From the NCBI GenBank assembly GCA_964373435.1, contig CAYJUS010000001.1, positions 473-45,711 of the forward strand: DNA of 45,239 nt, written 5' to 3'. The position numbers were made by a program, and so were the translations under genes. This DNA is from an uncultured Candidatus Saccharibacteria bacterium (GTDB taxonomy: Bacteria; Patescibacteriota; Minisyncoccia; JAHCSD01). Below are positions 34,457 to 44,106 of this stretch, piece by piece. Position 1 is the stretch's first letter. Every line of letters begins with the position of its first letter. The notes under the pieces were generated by a model. It was not told where the DNA came from, searched no databases, and was given only the letters and a program-made list of their open reading frames with translations.

Positions 34457-36934
34457 ATGGTGACAAAAAACAAAAGGGGGAACCCGCGAAATCCATACGG
34501 AGCGCTCGTCCGCGGAAGACCGAAAAAACGCGGTTTGTTCTTTGCCGGGATAATACGGCTGGTACGACTGGGGCTTGTCGCGGGAATCCTTATTATAATG
34601 GGGGGAATATTTATGTTTGTGTATTTCGCGAAGGATCTCCCTGACCCCTCTCGCCTCGACAAAATCGATGTCAGCCAATCTACCAAAATATATGATCGTA
34701 ACGGAAACGTGGTGCTGTACGACATATATGGAGAAGTGAGAAGGAATGTGGTTCCGTTCGGGGACTTCCCGTCCTATTTGGTCTATGCGACAATCGCGAT
34801 CGAAGACGAACGGTTTTATTCGCATCCGGGGATTGACATAGAGGGAGTTCTTCGGGCAGCCGTCCATAATGTCCTTAACAACGGGTCGATACAGGGCGGC
34901 TCGACCATCACTCAACAATTTGTAAAAAACGCCCTCCTCACGCCCGAACGTACGCTAACCCGGAAGATAAAAGAGTGGGTTCTCGCGACGGAATTAGAGC
35001 GCCGGTATTCCAAAGATGAAATAATGGGGTTTTACCTGAACCATGTTCCTTATGGTTCGGTCGCATACGGCGCGGAAGCGGCGTCGCAAATTTACTTCGG
35101 GAAATCCGTAAAAGATATCACACTCGCCCAGGCCGCAACCCTCGCTTCTCTCACCAAGGCACCTACGTACTACTCTCCCTATGGATCTAACCCAGAACGG
35201 CTGGAAGAACGGAAACGCCTCGTTCTCGAGAAAATGGCTCGTCTTGGCTTCATCGAAGATCGGGAAAAACAGCAGGCAGAAGAAGAAGAGATTACATTCG
35301 CACCGAATATCCAGAAAATCCAGGCTCCTCACTTTGTCATGTTTGTGCGAGAATATCTTGAGCGCACGTACGGAAAGGAGGTTCTAGAAAAAGGGGGGCT
35401 CCGTGTCACCACCACGCTCGATTTCGAACTCCAGAAACTTGCGGAGGAAGCGGTGGCAAAATACCAGGAAAACAACAAAAAACAGTTCGGTGCTTCAAAC
35501 GCCGCGCTTGCGGCTATCGATCCGAAAACAGGCCAGATCCTTGCGATGGTGGGGTCGGTCGACTATTACGACATTGAAAACGATGGAAACGTGAATGTGG
35601 CAACACGGGAACGACAGCCCGGCTCCGCCTTCAAGCCTTTTGTGTATGCTGCGGCATTCCAGAAAGGATACACTCCCGACACAGTACTTTTTGACGTACC
35701 CACGGAATTCGCAACGCCCGGAGCAAAGAGTTACCAGCCCCGCAATTATGACGGGGGCTTCCGAGGACCAATACGGATGGAGTCTGCACTTGCGCAATCC
35801 CTCAATATTCCTTCTGTGAAAACATTGTATCTAGCGGGGGTCGAGGAAGTGGTAGCGTTCGCGAACAAACTGGGAATCACCACCCTCCGCGATCCTTCGC
35901 GTTACGGCCTTTCCCTTGTGTTGGGCGGAGGGGAAGTAAAACTCCTTGACCTTACTTCGGCATTCGGCGTATTCGGGCAGGAAGGTATAAGACATCCGCC
36001 TGTGTTTATCGCCCGTGTCGAAACCGAAAAAGGAGAAGTGGTCGAGGAATTCCGTGAGAAAAAAGAAAGTGTTCTCTCCCCGGAAACATCGCGACTGATA
36101 AACGCTATCCTCTCTTCAAACGAACTTCGCGCCCCGATATTTGGATCCGGCTCGCCGCTTGTCGTTCCAGGATACCAAGTGGCGGCGAAAACCGGAACCA
36201 CCCAGGAATACCGGGATGGATGGACGGTCGGGTACACCCCCACGCTCGTCACGGGGGTGTGGGTGGGGAACAACGACAACCGTCCGATGAAAGGAAGCGC
36301 GGATGGGGTAAATGTCGCTTCTCCCATATGGAATTATTTCATGCAACACGCGCTCCCACGGTTTCCGAAAGAAGATTTCAAACCATACGAAAAAGAAGTG
36401 ACGCGAAAACCAATTCTCGACGGAGAGGTTTTTCCAGAGAACACCGTCCATTCTATCCTTTATTGGGTGAGAAAGAACGACCCGCGGGGCGAACCGCCCC
36501 AAAAACCGTCAGAAGACCCACAGTTCGACAATTGGGAAAAGGGCGTCCGGGAGTGGGCGAAAATGTCTCCCTACAAAGCCTTCCTTGACGAGGAGGGAAG
36601 TGGTTTCATTCCGAGAGAAGACCCCCGCGCCCTCGACAAACTCCCGAAACTAACGATTTCAAGTCCGGCTCCCTATGAAGTATTTTCAGGAACATACGGA
36701 GAGGTAGAAATATCGCTTGACGCGTTTTGGGGTGTTTCCCAGTTTGATATATTTTTAGGAGACCGCTTGGTCGGAAGCTACCACCCTAACCCACGCGAAA
36801 ACAAAAAAAACGTCTATTCTTTCCTTGTCCTTCTCCCAGAGGAACAAAAGGGGGAACAAACGACGCTCTTGGTTCGTGTGTTTGACGTGGCGGGGAACAA
36901 AACAGAGGCGCAGGTCCCGGTGCGAATACGGTAG
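34457..36934 (+). CDS. Class A penicillin-binding protein (transglycosylase/transpeptidase, PBP1A-like)
   Basis: N-terminal TM helix; GT51 motifs EDERFYSHPGID and GGSTITQQ; transpeptidase motifs SAFKPF, SLN and KTGT. Confidence 0.9.
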   Translation: MVTKNKRGNPRNPYGALVRGRPKKRGLFFAGIIRLVRLGLVAGILIIMGGIFMFVYFAKDLPDPSRLDKIDVSQSTKIYDRNGNVVLYDIYGEVRRNVVPFGDFPSYLVYATIAIEDERFYSHPGIDIEGVLRAAVHNVLNNGSIQGGSTITQQFVKNALLTPERTLTRKIKEWVLATELERRYSKDEIMGFYLNHVPYGSVAYGAEAASQIYFGKSVKDITLAQAATLASLTKAPTYYSPYGSNPERLEERKRLVLEKMARLGFIEDREKQQAEEEEITFAPNIQKIQAPHFVMFVREYLERTYGKEVLEKGGLRVTTTLDFELQKLAEEAVAKYQENNKKQFGASNAALAAIDPKTGQILAMVGSVDYYDIENDGNVNVATRERQPGSAFKPFVYAAAFQKGYTPDTVLFDVPTEFATPGAKSYQPRNYDGGFRGPIRMESALAQSLNIPSVKTLYLAGVEEVVAFANKLGITTLRDPSRYGLSLVLGGGEVKLLDLTSAFGVFGQEGIRHPPVFIARVETEKGEVVEEFREKKESVLSPETSRLINAILSSNELRAPIFGSGSPLVVPGYQVAAKTGTTQEYRDGWTVGYTPTLVTGVWVGNNDNRPMKGSADGVNVASPIWNYFMQHALPRFPKEDFKPYEKEVTRKPILDGEVFPENTVHSILYWVRKNDPRGEPPQKPSEDPQFDNWEKGVREWAKMSPYKAFLDEEGSGFIPREDPRALDKLPKLTISSPAPYEVFSGTYGEVEISLDAFWGVSQFDIFLGDRLVGSYHPNPRENKKNVYSFLVLLPEEQKGEQTTLLVRVFDVAGNKTEAQVPVRIR

Positions 36935-37034
36935 ATACTCTGGCTGAAACCAAACCGTCAAGATGTTTCTCTTGGTTCGCGCGCCCGGACGAACGGGCCT
37001 GCGGTTTTCTCGCTTCTCGATGAAAAGAAAAATA

Positions 37035-37355
37035 TCACGAGCGGATAGAAAGTTTCTTAAAAGGAGGGTGGTTTATTTTTCGCAATCTTGTGTTGATTTT
37101 TTCAAGAAAAACGTTTTGGTGCAAAAACAAAGTCCCCGCGGCATGGGGATTTTTTATCCTTAAAACCAAGGTGCCGCGCACCACATTCTCCACATGATAA
37201 AGAGAACGAGGGGAGGGTTTTTTTGTCATTGCATCCAATCCTTCTTCGCGGACCACCTCCTCTATGATTTTCTCCAACCCTCTCTTTTGTAGTTGGTCAT
37301 TGAGGCGGAAACGGTTTGCTAACCGAAAAAGAGAAGATGATATGTGGCGAAACAA
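37035..37355 (-). CDS. DUF721/DciA-like protein
   Basis: 106 aa immediately downstream of dnaN, with the block RGTLVLRIKNPHAAGTLFLHQNVFLEKIN typical of the family. Confidence 0.55.
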   Translation of the reverse strand: MFRHISSSLFRLANRFRLNDQLQKRGLEKIIEEVVREEGLDAMTKKPSPRSLYHVENVVRGTLVLRIKNPHAAGTLFLHQNVFLEKINTRLRKINHPPFKKLSIRS

Positions 37356-37373
37356 AATAGAGTAGTAAAATGG

Positions 37374-38492
37374 TTAACCGTTCTTGATGGGCATAACAAG
37401 ATAGAATTGAAGAGGGTCTTCGGGGGACGTTAAAATGACGGGTTGGATTTCGGAATTTATCCCGAACACCACTTCTTTCGCCCCCATGCTTTCCAGTCCA
37501 TCGAGAAGAAATTTCCAATTAAACGCGATGGAAAGATGCTCTCCGGGAAGTTTTATTGATTTAGCAAACGGAATAATAGTAGCACCCTCTCCAGAAGAAG
37601 ATTCACGTGCCGCAAGTTCCACCCGATCTTTAAAAAAGTCAAATGTGATATCGTTCGATCGGTTCGAGAAAGCGCTGATCGCTTTAATTTTTGGTACCAA
37701 AACAGACGAGGAAAAAGAAACATGAAAAGACGTGTCTCGCGGAACAATCTCGTCATACCGGGGGAATTCTCCGTCAATGAGACGCGAAACCAACTCACAG
37801 TTTTCGTTATTAACTACAACTTGATTTTGATCTCCCGCAAGAAGGGTGGTTTTTTCGTCGCCTCCGCTAAAAACCCGAATAATTTCGTTCACCGATTTCG
37901 ATGGAAGAATAAACGAAAAATCATTTTTGATATCCCCAAGGGGTATTTTTTTCTCGGTAAGCCGAAAACTGTCGGTAGAAGCAAGAATAAGATGATGCGC
38001 TGAGGAGTCTGTCTTCAAAAAAACACCAGTGATCTCCGGTCGCATTTCCGAAACACCCGCGATTCGTACAACTTTTTCCAAACCCGAAATAAACTCTTTT
38101 GTGGTTATTGGTATCCTCTCCCCTTTTTTGGGTTGCGGAATAATAGGAAATTCTTCGGGATCGCTACCGAGAATTTGTGCTTTGTAGTGTTCCGTTTTAA
38201 GTAGTATGTTGTGTTTTTTTGATTCCAGCGTTATTTTTTTCGCGCCGACAAGGTTGTGCACAAATGTGCTGATTAATTTCGCGGGAATAGCTGCTTTTCC
38301 TTCCTCTTCTATTTTCCCCGGTATCGTGCAGGTGATTGCCATTTCAAGGTCTGTGGAAGAAATGGTAATTTTGTTTTTTTCTGTGCGGATAAGAACGTTG
38401 CTTAGAATAGGAAGGTTGACGTTTTTCCCCGCGATACGTTCTGTGATACGCAACGCTTCTCGCAATTTTTCTTGTAGACAAATAATCTTCAT
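37374..38492 (-). CDS. dnaN: DNA polymerase III beta sliding clamp
   Basis: 372 aa starting MKIICLQEKL, with three-domain length and a position downstream of dnaA. Confidence 0.9.
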   Translation of the reverse strand: MKIICLQEKLREALRITERIAGKNVNLPILSNVLIRTEKNKITISSTDLEMAITCTIPGKIEEEGKAAIPAKLISTFVHNLVGAKKITLESKKHNILLKTEHYKAQILGSDPEEFPIIPQPKKGERIPITTKEFISGLEKVVRIAGVSEMRPEITGVFLKTDSSAHHLILASTDSFRLTEKKIPLGDIKNDFSFILPSKSVNEIIRVFSGGDEKTTLLAGDQNQVVVNNENCELVSRLIDGEFPRYDEIVPRDTSFHVSFSSSVLVPKIKAISAFSNRSNDITFDFFKDRVELAARESSSGEGATIIPFAKSIKLPGEHLSIAFNWKFLLDGLESMGAKEVVFGINSEIQPVILTSPEDPLQFYLVMPIKNG

Positions 38493-38710
38493 AATTATTA
38501 TCCGTATTTATTAATAGTTTATTGTTGTTAAGAGAGGCTTGAAACCTGTATAACTCTTTTTTTTCGCTTATTTTAAGGGAATTATGTGTTGTGGGGAAGG
38601 GGAGGAAGAGAGGAAAAACAGAGGGGGGAACACAGGAAAACACACTTTTTATTCTTCCTGATTTCTTTCCCACCGTTTTTCCATATTTTTTCCCCTTGTT
38701 TTCCTCAATC

Positions 38711-40165
38711 CTACCCGTTTTCCATGTATAACCTTTCTCGTAACGAATTGATTTCTTCGAGAAGCGTGTCGCTGTTCTCCAGTTGTCTCGTAATTTTTTC
38801 GCATGCGTGCATAACCGTGGTGTGGTCCCGTCCTCCTAACTTCATACCAATAAAAGGGTAAGAAGACTTTGTCTCTTTTCTCAGAAGATACATAATGATT
38901 TGTCGCGGGACCACGAACTCTTTTTTTCGTTTTTCACTGATAATATCTTTTTCACTCACGTCATAAAAAACCGAAACCACCCGGAGCACTTTTTTCCACC
39001 CTATCACCTTGTTGTTTTTCGAAATCACAGGGGCGAGGATGGTTTTCGCGGTTGCAGGATTTGTTATGCTTTCGGGGTTTGAGCGCGAGGAAGCCGCAAG
39101 CCGGTTCAGCGCGCCTTCAAGTTCTCGGATGTTGGTTTGGATATGGGTGGCGATAAACTCACACACCTCGTCGGTGGGGTTTAAGCCGCGCTCCTTCGCC
39201 TTTATTTTCAAGATCGCGATGCGTGTTTCTAAATCAGGTTGTCCGATATCAGCGATCATTCCTCCCTCGAAACGGGAGCGGAGTCGCCCTTCGAGCGTTG
39301 CGATTGATTTTGGAGGTCGGTCAGAGCTCAAGACAATCTGTTTGTTCCTTTCGTACAGCTCGTTGAATGTGTGGAAAAACTCCTCTTGTGTTTTTTCTTT
39401 TCCCGCGAGAAACTGGATATCGTCAATAATAAGAACATCAACTTTCCGGTATCGGTCCTTAAACTCTTCTATTTTTCTGTCTCGTATAGAGGTGACAAGC
39501 TCCCCGGTGAACTTCTCGGACGTGACATATTTTATGTTCTTCCGCGCGGGTTTCTTGGCTATTTCGTTGCCGATTGCCTGGAGAAGATGTGTTTTCCCAA
39601 GTCCCACCCCTCCATATAAAAAAAGAGGATTGTATAGCGTACCCGGGTTTTGTGCGACGGACCAGCTTGCTGCATGCGCCAGTTCGTTGGACCCCCCCAC
39701 TATAAAAGAATCAAATGAATATTTAGAATTCAGGTTTGTGGCTCCGTTGATTTTCGGAACATCCAAATTCAGTTGTTTTTCGTCGTATGAATTCACCAGA
39801 GACAATGTGTCCCGCGAGGATGATTTTTTCGGCAAGAGCGCCCTGGAGGTTTCGACCACATACTCGACCTTGTTTATTTCAGTGGGCAACCCCTTGAACA
39901 CCTTGAGGAGAGACGCGCTGTATTTATTTTGCAGCCATTCTTTTGTGAAACTATTGGGGACGCCTATGGTTGCGGTTTTGTGTTTTTTCGAAATAAGCGA
40001 GGTATTTTTGAACCACGTGGTAAAGCTCGCTCGAGAGATGTTGAGCTCTATTTCTCCTAAAACCGTTTTCCACAGTTCTTTGTTCGTCATGTTTTCCCAA
40101 TGCGGCGAGTCCGCTTTTGCGTATGATCTAAAGAGGGGGCGGTTGCGGCGTTGGCCTTGGTTCAT
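38711..40165 (-). CDS. dnaA: Chromosomal replication initiator DnaA
   Basis: Walker A GGVGLGKTHL, DDIQFL, sensor and box VII regions, and the C-terminal HTH DHTTVMHA. ATG 40165 has GAGGGTGG upstream. Confidence 0.95.
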   Translation of the reverse strand: MNQGQRRNRPLFRSYAKADSPHWENMTNKELWKTVLGEIELNISRASFTTWFKNTSLISKKHKTATIGVPNSFTKEWLQNKYSASLLKVFKGLPTEINKVEYVVETSRALLPKKSSSRDTLSLVNSYDEKQLNLDVPKINGATNLNSKYSFDSFIVGGSNELAHAASWSVAQNPGTLYNPLFLYGGVGLGKTHLLQAIGNEIAKKPARKNIKYVTSEKFTGELVTSIRDRKIEEFKDRYRKVDVLIIDDIQFLAGKEKTQEEFFHTFNELYERNKQIVLSSDRPPKSIATLEGRLRSRFEGGMIADIGQPDLETRIAILKIKAKERGLNPTDEVCEFIATHIQTNIRELEGALNRLAASSRSNPESITNPATAKTILAPVISKNNKVIGWKKVLRVVSVFYDVSEKDIISEKRKKEFVVPRQIIMYLLRKETKSSYPFIGMKLGGRDHTTVMHACEKITRQLENSDTLLEEINSLRERLYMENG

Positions 40166-40185
40166 TGTACCACCCTCACGATATT

Positions 40186-40248
40186 TTATCCACAACTCCT
40201 CGTCAAGTTTAAAACCTTGTTTACAGCCTGTGGATTATCTGTTGATAA
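40186..40248. promoter_or_regulatory. DnaA box cluster upstream of dnaA
   Basis: TTATCCACA (40186-40194, perfect), TGTGGATTA (40229-40237) and TGTTGATAA (40240-40248), the latter two with 1 mismatch each. Confidence 0.6.
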
Positions 40249-40382
40249 CCCAACAAAAACTACCGTGGCAGAGGCGTTACGCCCCTGCCCCCCGACAAAG
40301 CATTGACCCTTATGTTGTTTGTTGTTACCCTTGTAGATATGCACGTGTTACCCTCTATTAATAATCGTTGACCACTGAACTG

Positions 40383-40517
40383 TGTCTATCACATACCAGC
40401 CCAAAAAAAGGAGACGCAGGCGCGTGCACGGGTTTTTGCACCGCATGAGGACGAAAGCCGGAAGAAGAGTTATCTCGCGCCGGAGGGCGAAAAAACGGAA
40501 GCGACTCTCCGTGTAAC
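40383..40517 (+). CDS. rpmH: 50S ribosomal protein L34 (44 aa; absent from the ORF track)
   Basis: GTG start after an in-frame TGA. The translation is [43 protein letters not shown]. Confidence 0.9.
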
Positions 40518-40549
40518 ACCACGGCGGCCGGAGTCTCCTCCCCATCTTT

Positions 40550-40900
40550 ATGGCCCTTTCTCGCTTGTTTCGGATTACCCGCAAGACCGATTTCACACGC
40601 ATCACCAAGAAAGGAAAACGCCTGCGGGGTCCTCACTTCAAGGTGGTGTTTGTGGTAAATCGTCTTCCGTATGCCCGTATCGCCGTCGTGGTGTCTAAAA
40701 AAATCGCGGCGAAATCTTCTCGCCGCAACAAAATTCGCAGAAGAATAACCGAGGCATTCCGGACCCGTTTCGCGAAATCACTCGCGGGACACGATATTCT
40801 TCTTGTGGTGGGGTCGTCCTCCGAGCATATCTCGCGAAGCGAGACAGAAGCGGAACTTCTCTCGCTCTTCAGAAAAATTCACTCGCAACATCCACGATGA
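40550..40900 (+). CDS. rnpA: Ribonuclease P protein component
   Basis: Basic 116-aa protein (RITRKTDFTRITKKGKR..) between rpmH and yidD. Confidence 0.85.
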   Translation: MALSRLFRITRKTDFTRITKKGKRLRGPHFKVVFVVNRLPYARIAVVVSKKIAAKSSRRNKIRRRITEAFRTRFAKSLAGHDILLVVGSSSEHISRSETEAELLSLFRKIHSQHPR

Positions 40901-41145
40901 AACAACCCATTTTTATTCTTATCCGAATATACCAGTGGTTTTTATCGCCAGCGCTCCACACGGTTGCGCTGCAGTTTTTTGCTTTTCCCGGATGCAGGTA
41001 CTACCCTTCCTGCTCCCAGTACGCCTACAATGCGATCCAGCGGGATGGAATTCTTAAGGGCGTGGCAAAGGGGTTAAAAAGGTTGTGTACATGTTTTTGG
41101 CCGAGGCGGGGAGGATACCACCCCGTCTCGTCACACGAATTATGA
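40897..41145 (+). CDS. yidD: Membrane protein insertion efficiency factor YidD
   Basis: IRIYQWFLSP...CRYYPSCSQYA motif and an ATGA overlap with rnpA. Confidence 0.85.
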   Translation: MKQPIFILIRIYQWFLSPALHTVALQFFAFPGCRYYPSCSQYAYNAIQRDGILKGVAKGLKRLCTCFWPRRGGYHPVSSHEL

Positions 41146-41870
41146 GCGTTGTTACCTCCATATTCCATGAAGCTGTTTTCCGTCCTCTCCTGAACTTGCT
41201 GATCGTCCTCTACGAAACGATCCCGGGGGCGGACCTTGGGGTTGCGATTATCGCTCTGACCGTTCTGACGCGGATAGTGTTTTATCCTCTTTCCCATAAA
41301 GCCATTCGGTCTCAAAAAGCGCTTACCGAACTTCAGCCGAAGATCAAGGAACTGCAGGAAAAATACAAACAGGAAAAAGACAAACAGGCAAAAGCAGTGA
41401 TGGAGCTTTACCAAAAAGAGGGGGTGAACCCTTTCTCGGGTTGCGCTCCGCTCCTTTTACAGCTTCCGGTTTTTTTCGCCCTCTTCCAGCTTTTCCGAAT
41501 CGATTTTCATTCGTTCGACCCCTCGCTTCTCTACTCGTTTGTTCCTGTCCCCTCGTCTCTCGACCCCACCCTTTTTGGTATTGTGGACCTTACGACGGAA
41601 AGCTCAAAAACCATGGGAGGAATCATCCTTGCGTTTTCTGCGGGGTTCGCCCAGTTTGTACAGTCAAAAACCCTCTCTATGGGTCCGGCGAGAACACCGC
41701 AGGATAAATCTCAGTTTTCTCAGATGATGCAAATGCAAATGACATATTTTATGCCGATTTTTACAGTCATTATTGTATGGAACCTGGAATCCGGCCTTGC
41801 GCTCTACTGGTTGGTTACCTCCCTCTTTTCAGTTTTTCAGCAATGGGTTATAAATAGAAAAAAGAGTTGA
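41142..41870 (+). CDS. yidC: Membrane protein insertase YidC (short form)
   Basis: Start ATG 41142 overlaps the yidD stop. Family blocks present are LTRIVFYPLSHK, LQPKIKELQEKYK and NPFSGCAPLLLQLPVF. Confidence 0.85.
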   Translation: MSVVTSIFHEAVFRPLLNLLIVLYETIPGADLGVAIIALTVLTRIVFYPLSHKAIRSQKALTELQPKIKELQEKYKQEKDKQAKAVMELYQKEGVNPFSGCAPLLLQLPVFFALFQLFRIDFHSFDPSLLYSFVPVPSSLDPTLFGIVDLTTESSKTMGGIILAFSAGFAQFVQSKTLSMGPARTPQDKSQFSQMMQMQMTYFMPIFTVIIVWNLESGLALYWLVTSLFSVFQQWVINRKKS

Positions 41871-41873
41871 AGT

Positions 41874-42317
41874 ATGGTTGACGCAATAAAAGTACACACC
41901 GAAGAGTTCTTTACCGCGATGGGCTTTGAGGCAGAGGTGGAGATCACCGTCCAGGGTGAGTTTTTCGACGTTTCGGTCACTGTTCCCGACGCGCATTGGC
42001 TGATTGGTTCCGGCGGGAAGAACATCGGCGATCTTTATTATGTGTTGCGGCTTTTTCTCGCATCACGCCTCGGGGGACGCGTTCTCTTTGTGCTTGACGT
42101 TAACGGATACATGAGGAAAAAGGAAGAATTCCTGCGGGAGCTTGCGCGCGCGATGGCGGACCGCGTTCGAAGATCCCGAGAGCCGCTCATCTTAAAGCCC
42201 ATGTCTCCCCGCGAAAGACGCATTATCCATACGGAGCTCGCCTCTTTCCCCGATATCGTGACCGAAAGCGCGGGAGAGGATCCCGAACGGAGACTCACGG
42301 TAAAACCGTATCCGTAA
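41874..42317 (+). CDS. jag: Jag/KhpB-like RNA-binding protein (KH + R3H)
   Basis: C-terminal R3H block ERRIIHTELASFPDIVTESAGE and a position after yidC. Confidence 0.75.
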   Translation: MVDAIKVHTEEFFTAMGFEAEVEITVQGEFFDVSVTVPDAHWLIGSGGKNIGDLYYVLRLFLASRLGGRVLFVLDVNGYMRKKEEFLRELARAMADRVRRSREPLILKPMSPRERRIIHTELASFPDIVTESAGEDPERRLTVKPYP

Positions 42318-42373
42318 AACGTTAAAAACCCAAACAGAGTCGTCATGTGTTCATGTTTTTGAGTTTGTAACAA

Positions 42374-42397
42374 GGCGTGTGGGGCACGCTGTTTTTT
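42374..42397 (+). terminator. Intrinsic terminator after jag
   Basis: Stem gcgtg/cacgc followed by tgtttttt. Confidence 0.45.
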
Positions 42398-43813
42398 ATG
42401 AAAAAGAGCATCGCATTTAATACATTGATTTCGAGCGGGGCTCGCGTAATCGGAAGCGCGCTTGCATTTGCGAGCTTCGCCGTAATCGCGCGCGCGCTTG
42501 GGAAGGAGGGATTCGGGATGTATTCTACCGCAATGGCGTTCGGATTCACCGCAAGCGCGCTCGCGGATTTGGGTCTTTACTCGGTCCTTATAAAAGAGAT
42601 ATCGCAAAAGGATGCGGACGAGAAACGGATCACCGCTCATATTTTTTTCCTCCGCGTTCTGATCCTTCTTTTCGTGTCCCTTGCGGTGTTTGCATTCGCG
42701 GGGATTATCCCTCTTTACTCCCCCGTCCTGAAACTCGCGATTGGCCTTGGGGTCGTAGCGTTTGGGTTTTCCAGTCTTTCCCAGCTTTTGATTGCGATCT
42801 TTCAAAAACACTTCAGTCTTGAGAATGTGGCGATTGCGGAGGTGGTAGGAAGAAGCGCCCAACTCCTTTTGGTGTGCATCGCGTTTGTTTCGGGGTGGGG
42901 GCTTTACGCGTTTTTGTGGGCGGCGATCATAGGCGCCTTTTTTATCTTTCTCGTGGAGTGGGTGCTCTCGCGAAAATTCGTTTCGTTCGGGTTTGAATTT
43001 AACCCTTGGTATGCGCGCGAACTTTTCGTAGCCGCTCTTCCCATCGGCGTTTCTTTGGTCTTCACTCTCATCTATTTCCGGGTGGACACTATTTTACTCT
43101 CCCTAATGAAGCCGGCCGAAGACGTAGGGATATATAATGTGGCGTATAAAGTGCTGGAGTTTGCCATATTTTTCCCCGCGGTATTTGCGGGGATCGTAAT
43201 GCCGCTCCTTTCGCGCTACGCCCTGTCCCAAAAAGAGAAATTCAGAGACGTCTTTCAAAAGTCTCTTGATATCATTATTATTTTTGCAACACCAATACTT
43301 TTCGGGGGCATGATCCTTGCTCCTAAAATCGTGGTGCTTGCAGGAGGAGGAGAGTTTGCGGCATCCGCCGCGCCATTGAGGTGGCTCTTGGTTGCAGTAT
43401 GGTTTATTTTCCTAGGGAACCTCTTAGGACGCGCGATAATTGCGCTTAACGAACAAAAAAAAGCCGCGTGGGTCTATTTCGGCGGCATGATCTTTAACGT
43501 GGCCGCGAACCTTGTGTTTATCCCTCGATATTCCTATACTGGCGCAGCCGCGACCACGGCAGTTACCGAGCTTATTATCACTGCGCTTCTTTTTGTGATT
43601 ATAACAAAAAAGACTGGGTTTGTTCCTCGCGTGCGGCCGGTATTCACGTCAGCACTCTTTTCATCTTTTATGGTGATTCCTGTCTATTTTTTTCGTGAAC
43701 AGCACTTCTTATTTGTACTTCCCGGCGCGATTGTCCTCTATCTTGTTCTCGTTTTTCTTTTTCGCGTTATCGACCGGGAGAAACTCTCTTTTCTTTTTCA
43801 GAGCCACGAATAA
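42398..43813 (+). CDS. MOP-superfamily flippase (Wzx/MurJ-like polysaccharide or lipid II flippase)
   Basis: About 470 aa with ~12-14 TM segments and the N-terminal block NTLISSGARVIGSAL. ATG 42398 is chosen over the upstream GTG. Confidence 0.65.
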   Translation: MKKSIAFNTLISSGARVIGSALAFASFAVIARALGKEGFGMYSTAMAFGFTASALADLGLYSVLIKEISQKDADEKRITAHIFFLRVLILLFVSLAVFAFAGIIPLYSPVLKLAIGLGVVAFGFSSLSQLLIAIFQKHFSLENVAIAEVVGRSAQLLLVCIAFVSGWGLYAFLWAAIIGAFFIFLVEWVLSRKFVSFGFEFNPWYARELFVAALPIGVSLVFTLIYFRVDTILLSLMKPAEDVGIYNVAYKVLEFAIFFPAVFAGIVMPLLSRYALSQKEKFRDVFQKSLDIIIIFATPILFGGMILAPKIVVLAGGGEFAASAAPLRWLLVAVWFIFLGNLLGRAIIALNEQKKAAWVYFGGMIFNVAANLVFIPRYSYTGAAATTAVTELIITALLFVIITKKTGFVPRVRPVFTSALFSSFMVIPVYFFREQHFLFVLPGAIVLYLVLVFLFRVIDREKLSFLFQSHE

Positions 43814-43831
43814 ATGATTTTCTGCGTCGTG

Positions 43832-43860
43832 AACAAAAAACCGCTTCAGGCGGTTTTTTG
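43832..43860. terminator. Bidirectional intrinsic terminator
   Basis: aacaaaaaaccgc-ttcag-gcggttttttgtt. Confidence 0.7.
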
Positions 43861-44060
43861 TTCATGTTTGTTCACGTTCATATATTACACCACACCCGGT
43901 GCGACAACTTCGAATGCGCGAGCCCGTTAGACAACAAGGGGATATACCCGCAGAAAACAAACAGAAAAGTTCGATGGGATAGCGCATGGAAACCAACGGG
44001 CCGTTTTGTTTCGAAGTTGTAGCACCGGGCACACTTTTTCTGAATGGATGACAGTCATGG
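43855..44060 (-). repeat. Leader repeat copy 1 (orphan; no downstream gene)
   Basis: The 153-nt core 43881-44033 is identical to 44778-44930, and the flanks are ~80% similar. The closing stem is 43895-43914 / 44010-44029. Confidence 0.85.
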
Positions 44061-44106
44061 AATTAGTCATGGAATTTGGATGTCATGGAATTTGGAATTA
44101 GTTTGT

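Noticed and set aside
39009-40361. 450-aa + strand ORF, the third-longest + strand entry in the ORF track
   Set aside because: It is entirely antisense to dnaA, whose frame carries unmistakable DnaA motifs. The antisense product is Ser/Phe/Arg-rich and low in complexity, with no SD. It is a shadow ORF.
42038-42862. 274-aa - strand ORF
   Set aside because: It is antisense to jag and the flippase gene, both of which have clear family features. It is highly basic and low in complexity.
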